64,000 nt of DNA from the IMG/VR virus record IMGVR_UViG_3300027781_000009. One strand, 5' to 3'. This document shows, one piece after another, positions 1 through 7,165 of this stretch (within the stretch, counting starts at the first letter, position 1; the number at the start of each line of letters is the position of its first letter). The notes beneath the pieces are model-generated. The model was given only the letters and a program-made list of their open reading frames with translations, ran no database searches and had not been told where the DNA came from. The translations under genes and the position numbers were made by a program. Source of the DNA: a virus.

Positions 1-765
1 CGCCTTGTCGGCGTCGCGCTTGGCTTTCTCGTCTCCGATGCGCTCCAGGTGGGTCAGCCAGTCAAACTCGGCGACCTCGACGTACTGCTGTGCAATGGCT
101 TCGGTCCACGGCAGCCCGGTTAGCAGCTCGGTCATCGGCATCGAGCGGAGCAGCTCCGCCGCGAGCTGGCCTGCGGGGAGTTCCTGCGGAGTGCCCCGGT
201 CGTAGGTCAGGATGAGCCGCATGTGCTTGCCCACAGCAGCGCTGCATGGATGGATGCTGCACGGCAGCACACGATCGCGCACGCACTCAACCACGCTCGG
301 GTGGGGCGTTGAGCCTTCGGGGAAACCGTGCGCGATCCACCGCTGCATGATCTCCAGGCGGTGATGCGCGTCGATCATCTCGTAGCGGCTTTTCCACTGC
401 GACTCGAATAGCGCCCACAGTGCCTTCTGCGCCGTGTCCAGGTCGTGACGTGTCGGCGGTCGGCGGTCGGAGACTTCGCCCGCAAAGAACTCAAACAGCA
501 GCCACAGGTGCAGGCCGGTCGCGACCACGCCATCACGGTCGCTGTCGTCGTACGGTCGCACCATGCCGGCCTTGATGATGCCGTAGCGCAGCATGCTGGC
601 TGCGGTGGCCTCTAGCTCGGCGGCTGACAGGTGATTGGGGTTCACCGGAGCGGGCCGAATCTGGTCGAGCGGGATGCGGTAGGGCTTTAGCAGTTGGTAC
701 TCGAGCAGTGCAGAGAGCTGCTCTTTGGGGTCGCCCTGCTTCGAGGCTTTGCGCTTAGCGGCCAT
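1..765 (-). CDS. ParB/Srx-like N-terminal domain protein (runs off the window edge; absent from the ORF track)
   Basis: Manual translation from ATG at 765: MAAKRK...IPLDQIRPAPVNPN...YEMIDAHHRLE, matching ParB-N motifs; start overlaps the end of queC. Confidence 0.7.
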   Translation of the reverse strand, partial: MAAKRKASKQGDPKEQLSALLEYQLLKPYRIPLDQIRPAPVNPNHLSAAELEATAASMLRYGIIKAGMVRPYDDSDRDGVVATGLHLWLLFEFFAGEVSDRRPPTRHDLDTAQKALWALFESQWKSRYEMIDAHHRLEIMQRWIAHGFPEGSTPHPSVVECVRDRVLPCSIHPCSAAVGKHMRLILTYDRGTPQELPAGQLAAELLRSMPMTELLTGLPWTEAIAQQYVEVAEFDWLTHLERIGDEKAKRDADKA

Positions 766-1402
766 TGATCTGCTTCTCCTCTTCGGACCAAGCGCTAAAC
801 TCTTGCCAGCCGTCTGCGCAGCGCTTGCACGATGGGCACTCGCCGCACCCGATTCCCCATGCGTTCCGTTTCGACTGGCCGTTGTGCGGGCAACTCCGCG
901 TTACTTCGAGCAGCGTGGACAAATGGCCCCGCGTGTGGGCCATCGCGAAGATCTCCGCCTTGGTGTGATCGAACAGGGGCGAGCACAGCCCGATCTGCCG
1001 ATTGAGCCCGAGCGACAAGGTGCGCTCCGCCGATTCCAGGAAGGCCCGCGTGCAGTCCGGCGATCGGGAGTTTGTAAACCCGGTCCATATCTCCGTGGCA
1101 CCGCGTTCATGCGCGAGCGCACCGGCCACCGATAGAAACGTCAGGTTGCGCAGCGGCTCAACATCCAGCTCGTGAGGCGTCGGGCCTGGTACTGCGCCCG
1201 CAAGCTCCAGGTAGGTGAACCGCAGCTTCATCAGGTCGGCGATCTTCACCGCTGCCGCCACCTCGCGGTGCTGCTGTCCGTAGTCAAACGTGACTGCCGA
1301 AACCTGCCCGCACTGCTCTTTGGCTAGCAGCAGCGAGACAAAGGAATCCTGCCCACCGGACAGGATGACGAGCGCTGAGCGCTGAGAAACTTGGCAAAGC
1401 AT
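755..1402 (-). CDS. queC: 7-cyano-7-deazaguanine (preQ0) synthase
   Basis: LSGGQDS PP-loop, FDYGQ, RN, PDC, TRSC, CGECPSC zinc motif; start taken at MLCQVS. Confidence 0.92.
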   Translation of the reverse strand: MLCQVSQRSALVILSGGQDSFVSLLLAKEQCGQVSAVTFDYGQQHREVAAAVKIADLMKLRFTYLELAGAVPGPTPHELDVEPLRNLTFLSVAGALAHERGATEIWTGFTNSRSPDCTRAFLESAERTLSLGLNRQIGLCSPLFDHTKAEIFAMAHTRGHLSTLLEVTRSCPHNGQSKRNAWGIGCGECPSCKRCADGWQEFSAWSEEEKQINGR

Positions 1403-1410
1403 GGAGTGCT

Positions 1411-2007
1411 TTATAACGGCACCCTGGGCGAAGGGTCTAGGATCTTGGTTGCCGTGACGTGCAGCGGGCGACCCACATCGAGGCTGCCTGTGCAAAAGAA
1501 CGTCGTCGACTCTGCGGCGGCATCCTTGACGCCACGCGAGCACATGCAGCTATGCCGAGCCCGAATGATCACCATCGCTCCGTCTGCGATAGCGACTTCC
1601 ATCAGCGCATGGGCCACGCATTCACCGATCCGTTCCTGCATGGTGAACCGCTCGGCGTACAGTCGCACCACGCGGATCATCTTCGACAGCCCCACCACAC
1701 GCCGCTGTCCAAGCTCGTCGCGTGACGGCACATAGGCAACCTTTGCGACTCCAGTGAACGGCAGGCAGTGATGCTCGCACAGGGAGCTGAAGTGGATCGG
1801 TCGCACTGCGATGATGCCGGTCCCGCCATGTCGAGACAGCGACTGCGGGCTGTCCACGGAAAAACGCGGCTGAAGGATCTCCTCGACCCGCCCGGCATAT
1901 CCGGCGGTCATCTCGCGCATCGCCTTGACGTAGCGCTCTGCCGTCTCATCGAGCAGGTCTTCGGGTAGGCCCAGCTCTCTCAAAAACACTCGTACTGCGT
2001 CGGTCAT
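1411..2007 (-). CDS. folE: GTP cyclohydrolase I
   Basis: SLCEHHCLPF, GLSK, QER, HSCMCSRG motifs. Confidence 0.95.
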   Translation of the reverse strand: MTDAVRVFLRELGLPEDLLDETAERYVKAMREMTAGYAGRVEEILQPRFSVDSPQSLSRHGGTGIIAVRPIHFSSLCEHHCLPFTGVAKVAYVPSRDELGQRRVVGLSKMIRVVRLYAERFTMQERIGECVAHALMEVAIADGAMVIIRARHSCMCSRGVKDAAAESTTFFCTGSLDVGRPLHVTATKILDPSPRVPL

Positions 2008-2020
2008 AGTTGGAACTCCT

Positions 2021-2680
2021 TTAGGGTAGCCCCAACATCTTGTGCAGTTGCACCCCCAAATACCAAGAGGGATGGCTGCGCACCCATTCGATTGCCGCGA
2101 GTAGGTTTGCTGCGCTCCGCTGCGGATCGGGAACCGCCATCGGCTGCACGCTGTACCGTCGAAACTCAGTCGGCGGCAAATCGTACGGCCAGAGCTGCGG
2201 CACCACCAGTTTGAGCTCGTCGCCCTTGCGCACCACTAGCTTCGCACCGCTCTTTGGGCTCACCGTCACCCAATCGAACTCGCATGGCAGCGGCAGCGAA
2301 CCGTTGGTTTCGAGCGCGACGTAAAACCCCGCATCGCGCAGGCCATCGACCAGATCCCCCTCGACCTGTAGCAGCGGCTCGCCGCCGGTCAGCACCACCA
2401 TTGCGTGCTGCGCTTTGCCACCTCTCACCGGCCCGCCACCGGCTTCCCAGGCTGCGCAGATCGCAGACACCAGCTCGGCCCGAGTGAAAGCCCCACCACC
2501 AGGCCCGTCTGTGCCCACAAACTGCGTGTCGCAAAACTGACACACCGCCCGATCGCGGTCAGCTTCCCGGCCTGTCCAGAGGTTGCAGCCCGCAAACCGG
2601 CAGAACACCGCTGCTCGGCCTGCGTGCGCTCCCTCGCCTTGCAAAGTGACGAAGACCTCCTTGACGAAGTACCGTCTCAT
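2021..2680 (-). CDS. queE: 7-carboxy-7-deazaguanine synthase, radical SAM, Cx14CxxC type
   Basis: EVFVTLQGEG, C-NLWTGREADRDRAV-CQFCDT, TGGEP, ETNG, VSPK, QLHK; ATG overlaps queD stop. Confidence 0.95.
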   Translation of the reverse strand: MRRYFVKEVFVTLQGEGAHAGRAAVFCRFAGCNLWTGREADRDRAVCQFCDTQFVGTDGPGGGAFTRAELVSAICAAWEAGGGPVRGGKAQHAMVVLTGGEPLLQVEGDLVDGLRDAGFYVALETNGSLPLPCEFDWVTVSPKSGAKLVVRKGDELKLVVPQLWPYDLPPTEFRRYSVQPMAVPDPQRSAANLLAAIEWVRSHPSWYLGVQLHKMLGLP

Positions 2681-3192
2681 GTTGCCTCGGCCCAGCAGTT
2701 GGGAGTCTCCCAGACCCTCACTTTGACGACATCTACGTGCTCGATGTCGGTGAGCAGTTCCCTCGACTTGCGCAGCAGATACCACGCCAAGTTTTCCACG
2801 CTGGGCGCACAGGGCAGAACGTACAGCTTTTGATGCTGGTCTTTGCGGAGGTGCGCGATCAACTCCACGTCGGTCTGATGAAGGATCACGCCATGGTCCC
2901 AATGCTTGTCGATCCAAGCTCCGATTCGGTGCTTGATCGCGCCAAAGTCGATGACGACCCCGACGTGATCGAGCACCGCCGCTGAGCACACGATCTCCGC
3001 CTTGTAGCGGTGGCCATGCAAGCTGGCGCACTTGCCCTTGTGATTCGGCAGCCGGTGCGCGCTATCGAACTCGAGCGCTCGCATGCAGTGCTGCCGTCCG
3101 CGTATCGGACGTCGGGGTGAGGTTGGTACAGCGTCGCTGTCTGGGGGTCGGCTTATGGGGGGTCGTGATGGGGTTTCGCTAAGGACTTGCAT
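2677..3192 (-). CDS. queD: 6-carboxy-5,6,7,8-tetrahydropterin synthase
   Basis: FDSAHRL, CASLHGHRY, IDFG, PSVENLA, VWET motifs; start uncertain. Confidence 0.93.
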   Translation of the reverse strand: MQVLSETPSRPPISRPPDSDAVPTSPRRPIRGRQHCMRALEFDSAHRLPNHKGKCASLHGHRYKAEIVCSAAVLDHVGVVIDFGAIKHRIGAWIDKHWDHGVILHQTDVELIAHLRKDQHQKLYVLPCAPSVENLAWYLLRKSRELLTDIEHVDVVKVRVWETPNCWAEAT

Positions 3193-3265
3193 GCCCCAAA
3201 GCATAGCGAACACCGCAAAACTTCGCTGAGGCAGAACTTGACAAAGCTGCAAATTCTGCGGTGGT

Positions 3266-3574
3266 TCAACCAGTCTTGGCGAGCCCTGCGTTTCGGGCTT
3301 TCGCCATCTGTTCTAATGCGCGCCGCGCTGCGATTTTTGCGGCTTTCATATCGGCATAGCCGCTTGCGGCGCGGTACGAATTAGGGTTGTCAAAGTCGAT
3401 TTTCTGCGCGTTCCGATTTGACACCGTGTAGCCGAACGTCGTCCGATGGGTGTCATTGAACGCTCTCACGTCGAATCCATTATCTATCAATTGCTCAATG
3501 AGATTGGATTCATCCTTTCGTATCGTCCTCCATTCTGGCTTATCCATGTCCTTTGTACCTTTCTCTTTTCTCAC
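3266..3574 (-). CDS. hypothetical protein
   Basis: ORF co-oriented with neighbours; visibly more AT-rich. Confidence 0.55.
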   Translation of the reverse strand: MRKEKGTKDMDKPEWRTIRKDESNLIEQLIDNGFDVRAFNDTHRTTFGYTVSNRNAQKIDFDNPNSYRAASGYADMKAAKIAARRALEQMAKARNAGLAKTG

Positions 3575-3576
3575 AT

Positions 3577-4074
3577 GGGCGCTTTAGACAACCGTGCGCT
3601 AAATGCGCTCGCTCCAACCGGGAACCGTCGTGGTCGGGATGCCATGCTCTGACCACAAGCGCAGCACATGCGGGTTGTCATCCCAGGCATGCACGACTTG
3701 GTAGTCACGCAGGATGTCCGCCAGCATGTCCCGCTTGACCTCGTAGTCTGGGCGCGCATCGTGGTTGGCCCGCATGTGCAACTCCTCCGATGGGACTTCG
3801 TGCAGCGCGAGCCACCAGGCCGTGTGGTGCCGGTAGCGATGCTTGCGAGCGGTCACGATGAGGATCGTGTGACCTTCGAGTTGCGCCTGGTGAACCGCGT
3901 CGATTACGTGCCGGTGTGGCGGGCAGTCGACCGAGGCCAGGTGAAACGCATCGAAGTCCTTGCTCGGGCCGTGCAGTAAATGCCTGATGCCTTGGACGTC
4001 GACAAGCGTGCCGTCCATGTCGAAGATCACTGCTGTTGGTTTGTGTGTCATGGGCGGTTTTGTCTAAAGCGCCC
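3577..4074. repeat. Perfect 15-bp inverted repeat GGGCGCTTTAGACAA (3577-3591) / TTGTCTAAAGCGCCC (4060-4074) bracketing the HAD gene
   Basis: Read directly; a further 13-bp copy at 4081-4093. Confidence 0.85.
3599..4051 (-). CDS. HAD-family phosphatase (polynucleotide kinase 3'-phosphatase-like domain)
   Basis: IFDMDGTL, IVTAR, MR...RPDYEVK, WDDNP motifs. Confidence 0.85.
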   Translation of the reverse strand: MTHKPTAVIFDMDGTLVDVQGIRHLLHGPSKDFDAFHLASVDCPPHRHVIDAVHQAQLEGHTILIVTARKHRYRHHTAWWLALHEVPSEELHMRANHDARPDYEVKRDMLADILRDYQVVHAWDDNPHVLRLWSEHGIPTTTVPGWSERI

Positions 4075-4191
4075 TAGAGCTTGTCTAAAGCGCTCAAAAA
4101 ATTAGGCGTTTCGTCTGAGCTAGTTCCGCGATTTGTTGTCGCGCTGGCGCATGGTTGTCTAAATCCCTTTAGATATCTTACTGCGGTGGGC

Positions 4192-4434
4192 TTACTTCGA
4201 CCGCCGCGCCGAGACGATGGTCACTACTGGCTCGCCGACAATCCGCACGCGATGACCGCCCGGTGATGCCTTTTGCCCTTCCATGATGAGCCGCTCCAAC
4301 TCTTGAACTGCTTCGCGAGCGGTCTGGTCGTGAATCTTGTCCGCCGTCCAGCCCTCTCCATACGGTCCGATGTTTTGAACCTCGATGGTGACAACCACGT
4401 TTGCACTCGCTTTGAACTCGGTCTTTTCGGCCAT
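4192..4434 (-). CDS. hypothetical protein
   Basis: ORF with GAGGAG SD upstream. Confidence 0.6.
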   Translation of the reverse strand: MAEKTEFKASANVVVTIEVQNIGPYGEGWTADKIHDQTAREAVQELERLIMEGQKASPGGHRVRIVGEPVVTIVSARRSK

Positions 4435-4462
4435 TGTGTCTCCTCTGTGTGTCTAAGGCGTT

Positions 4463-4852
4463 TTAGACGCCCTTGTTGGTGGTCTGGTCCCGAATGACAT
4501 ACCCAGCTTCCGCCCACATCTCGGTCCAGTGGGCCTTGTAGCCAAGCCAGCACTCATCGCACAGCCATCGTGGGCGGTTTGGGTCCGGTCCTGTGCCGTC
4601 CCAATGGTAGGCCGTCATCGCGGCACGCTTTTCGGCTTGCTGCGAGTCGCATGGGCCTTCAAACCCCTCGCATGCGTGCTGCTGGGCGCTGCGCTCATCG
4701 AGCGCCCAGCACTCCGAGCAGAAGATCCCAGCGTAGACACCCTTCACAAACCGCTCGCTGCCCCCTGCGATCTTGCCGCTGGTCGCACATCGGCGGCAGT
4801 AGCAGCGCCCGTACACCTTGCGGGCGACTGACATTTGCTGCTTAGTCAGCAT
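4463..4852 (-). CDS. Cys-rich hypothetical protein
   Basis: Several CxxC pairs. Confidence 0.5.
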   Translation of the reverse strand: MLTKQQMSVARKVYGRCYCRRCATSGKIAGGSERFVKGVYAGIFCSECWALDERSAQQHACEGFEGPCDSQQAEKRAAMTAYHWDGTGPDPNRPRWLCDECWLGYKAHWTEMWAEAGYVIRDQTTNKGV

Positions 4853-4892
4853 CTACTCGTCTCCTTGGTCCGGCAGCACGTAGCGCCCGTAT

Positions 4893-5387
4893 TCACAGCA
4901 TGTTTCCCTGTGCGCAGGTTGGCCATCTGACCTTGTTACCAGCCTGGTCACATGGCCATCCCTTTGCTCGTGGCCATCCAGCGCCAGGGCACATTTTGAT
5001 GAGCAATCGGTGCACCGTCGGCTCGCCATTTGCATCTTCAACGATCCACCATCCACCGTTGAATGAGTGACTGCGAAACGCACCGTCGGTGATTTCGCGC
5101 ATCCGTGGGTTGAGCTCGCGAAGAATCTCCTGCACCGACCACCCAAAATCAGAAGCCACCGTCTCAAGTGCCATGCCCAGATACACGCTAAGCTGCCCAT
5201 CTAGTTCATCGGGTAGCCATATGCCTAACGTCGTCTCTCGCGGTGGCCCCCACCAGCGCAGGCGCACCTCGGGGCTTTGAGGCGTTTTTGACGACCATCG
5301 GTACTTGGTTAGCCAGGCATGCACCATGTCCAACGTCAGCCCTTGGAACTCGTCAAGCTCGTGAATTTTCATCTCTGTCGCGCTCAC
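4893..5387 (-). CDS. hypothetical protein
   Basis: Co-oriented ORF. Confidence 0.5.
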   Translation of the reverse strand: MSATEMKIHELDEFQGLTLDMVHAWLTKYRWSSKTPQSPEVRLRWWGPPRETTLGIWLPDELDGQLSVYLGMALETVASDFGWSVQEILRELNPRMREITDGAFRSHSFNGGWWIVEDANGEPTVHRLLIKMCPGAGWPRAKGWPCDQAGNKVRWPTCAQGNML

Positions 5388-5389
5388 CG

Positions 5390-5496
5390 TAAAAAAGCGC
5401 CCCTACTCACAACCGGCAACACGCCGGACCATCATGGCTGACCCATCTCCAGACGCAGCGACACAGGCCTGAAAGTATGGTTCAGGCTTTCGGGGC
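5390..5496 (-). ncRNA. Structured element C (permuted loop pair), ending in a U-tract
   Basis: Minus strand: GCCCC...GGGGC outer stem enclosing hairpins GCCUGAA-CCAUACU-UUCAGGC, CUGG-AGAUGGG-UCAG and CCGGC-GUGUU-GCCGG, then U6. Confidence 0.55.
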
Positions 5497-5567
5497 AGAG
5501 AGTGCGCTAGGGACAGGCAGCTCGGGCGGTCGCATGCGACCAAGTACCGCTGGTCTATCCGTTGCGC

Positions 5568-5640
5568 TGGTGGAGTGGGAAGGACTCGAACCTTCCGCAG
5601 CACGGTTCGCGACTCCGTGCCTTGCAGCCAGCTACACCCC
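5568..5640 (-). tRNA. Non-canonical tRNA-Ala(CGC)-like gene with encoded CCA
   Basis: GGGGUG/CACUCC acceptor with G3:U70, A73-CCA, T-arm GGAAGG-UUCGAGU-CCUUCC, anticodon arm ACGG-AGU-CGC-GAA-CCGU; weak D-arm. Confidence 0.7.
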
Positions 5641-5647
5641 GGTGTTT

Positions 5648-5821
5648 CTACCGGCGGCACTCGATGTGCTGTGCCGGTCGGACGTTGTGCGCCTTGCGAT
5701 AGGCCGTTGCGCATCCGAGCAGCACCGCCATCCCGAGCACGATGGCCTGGCTCCACTTGTAGGCCCGCCTGGTCTGCTCGATCTGCATGTCGAGCTCGTC
5801 CAAATACTGACGGCTAAACAT
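5648..5821 (-). CDS. small membrane protein
   Basis: MFSRQYL..., hydrophobic IVLGMAVLLGC segment. Confidence 0.5.
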   Translation of the reverse strand: MFSRQYLDELDMQIEQTRRAYKWSQAIVLGMAVLLGCATAYRKAHNVRPAQHIECRR

Positions 5822-6011
5822 GCGCTTCCTCCCATCGCAGCAGATCCGCCAGTTTCTGCGACAGATCCTGGTGACGCTTGAAGTAGCGGTCCTTCTCTCG
5901 GCGAAGCTGCGCGACAAGCTGCGTCAGCTCTACTTCGCGCCGGATTGCTTCGTCGTACTTCACGCGGAGCTGCTCCAGCCCCAACCGCATCGTTTCGAGT
6001 TCGTCGTCCAT
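5814..6011 (-). CDS. small coiled-coil protein
   Basis: Heptad-like L/E/R pattern; overlaps next start. Confidence 0.6.
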   Translation of the reverse strand: MDDELETMRLGLEQLRVKYDEAIRREVELTQLVAQLRREKDRYFKRHQDLSQKLADLLRWEEAHV

Positions 6012-6174
6012 TGCTCTCGTCCTGGTAGGGGGTTAGTCGGCGCGTCGTGCTGCTGGCCCGCGCCGTAGCCTGTTCGATAGCATCGTTTCACCCGAGCGCT
6101 TGAGGAGGCCCGGCTGAGTGGTCGAATCCACACCACCGCAGTCAATGCCAGCTTGGTCGTGCGATTGCGCCAAG

Positions 6175-6247
6175 CCGACGGAATCCGCCGAGTGAATGGA
6201 GCCGCTCAGTATGGCGAGCGGAAAAGCGCGGACCATCTACCGCGCCC
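6175..6247 (-). ncRNA. Structured RNA motif, copy A
   Basis: Three hairpins co-varying with copy B; G-U pairs on the minus strand. Confidence 0.7.
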
Positions 6248-6268
6248 ATAATCAATTTGCTACGCCGG

Positions 6269-6487
6269 TCAGGTCAGCACGGTGTCCGCTTTGAGAGCGT
6301 AGTATTCAGTACGCCCAAGCGGCTGCCCGTCGTCCAATCCTATAAATCGGCAGGTGCATTGTTTTGTCACTACCCTGCCGTTGAGTTCATAAGTGGGATA
6401 ACCGTTGCCGCTGTGCCAGCAGCCATGGCTATCCATAATTACCCGACGAGAGCGCGGTGCCGAGTTCATGTCGCTAATGCTAGCCAT
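6269..6487 (-). CDS. small hypothetical protein between RNA motif copies
   Basis: GGAG SD upstream of MASISD. Confidence 0.5.
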   Translation of the reverse strand: MASISDMNSAPRSRRVIMDSHGCWHSGNGYPTYELNGRVVTKQCTCRFIGLDDGQPLGRTEYYALKADTVLT

Positions 6488-6516
6488 CTGTCTATCTCTC
6501 CGTGTTCCATTGTTAC

Positions 6517-6593
6517 CCGACGGCATCCGTCAGGCTGAATGGAGCCTCCCGAGATTGGGCGGGAGGAAAAGCGCTGTCCCATCTACAGCGCCC
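6517..6593 (-). ncRNA. Structured RNA motif, copy B
   Basis: Same linkers (UUUU, CUCCAUUCA) and near-identical loops as copy A, with different stem sequences. Confidence 0.7.
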
Positions 6594-6597
6594 AAAG

Positions 6598-6654
6598 TGC
6601 CAGCGCCTGGAGTCGAACCAGGCTATCCCACCGAATGGGCGCGGCTACGACAGC
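6598..6654 (-). ncRNA. 57-nt D-armless tRNA-like element
   Basis: GCUGUCG/CGCUGGC acceptor-like stem, U8A9, canonical T-arm CCUGG-UUCGACU-CCAGG, single internal hairpin CCCA-UUCGG-UGGG. Confidence 0.5.
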
Positions 6655-7004
6655 AAATCGACCAGCTCGATCTCTGCGTGCTTGGCAAACCACTCGCGGA
6701 ACAGGTCGAGCAGTTGGTTGCTGTCGTCTACTTCGCTGAATGCGTCGAGGTCGCAGCGGCACCCATCAAACACCTTCGTAGCGACAGGCGGCCAGCATCC
6801 ATCGACCCAATCAAGATTCGGCTCATCGCTTCCGAAGTCTGCACGGAACGCATCCACGCACTCCTTCGCGTAGGCACTCATCGCATCGGTCAGGCCGGAT
6901 GCGTACAGCCAGCGGGAATTTTCCTCGGTCTTGTAGTGGATGCCGAGGTTTTCGACCTTGAAGCTTCCGGTGTCTCCGATGAGTGGTTCTGCTTGCGTCG
7001 TCAT
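6645..7004 (-). CDS. acidic hypothetical protein
   Basis: GGAG SD; lies directly behind the promoter cassette. Confidence 0.7.
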   Translation of the reverse strand: MTTQAEPLIGDTGSFKVENLGIHYKTEENSRWLYASGLTDAMSAYAKECVDAFRADFGSDEPNLDWVDGCWPPVATKVFDGCRCDLDAFSEVDDSNQLLDLFREWFAKHAEIELVDLLS

Positions 7005-7027
7005 GTGTTTCGCTCCGTGTGTGAAAA

Positions 7028-7056
7028 GAAATAATGCGCGCAGACTTGCAGAGCAA
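7028..7056 (-). promoter_or_regulatory. Promoter family member TTGCTC-N17-TATTTC with TGCGCGCA in the spacer
   Basis: Recurs at 14929, 18084, 24728, 26834 and 30398; AT-rich upstream. Confidence 0.7.
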
Positions 7057-7165
7057 TAATTATTTTCAGAAAAGCGACAACGCCGAGGCTGTTGATTTTT
7101 GCTTACGGTGGTTTGAGCCGCATCCAGAACGGTGCGGCTTGCTGCGAAAGGCGTAAGGGCGGGGC

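Noticed and set aside
2681..3031. N-terminal extension of QueE in the ORF track
   Set aside because: Overlaps queD in another frame; homology starts at ATG 2680
3577..4074. IS element/MITE
   Set aside because: No transposase and no clear target-site duplication; kept only as an inverted repeat
5568..6140. tmRNA (UGGAUUCGAC near 6125 plus an Ala-type 3' end)
   Set aside because: The 5' segment does not pair with the 3' acceptor strand, which already has a local partner at 5635-5640; the span contains ORFs
6175..6593. Hammerhead, pistol or HDV/theta ribozyme assignment for the RNA motif
   Set aside because: No intact CUGANGA/GAAA/UH core, no A-rich pistol linker, and the helix order does not fit the HDV fold; left unassigned
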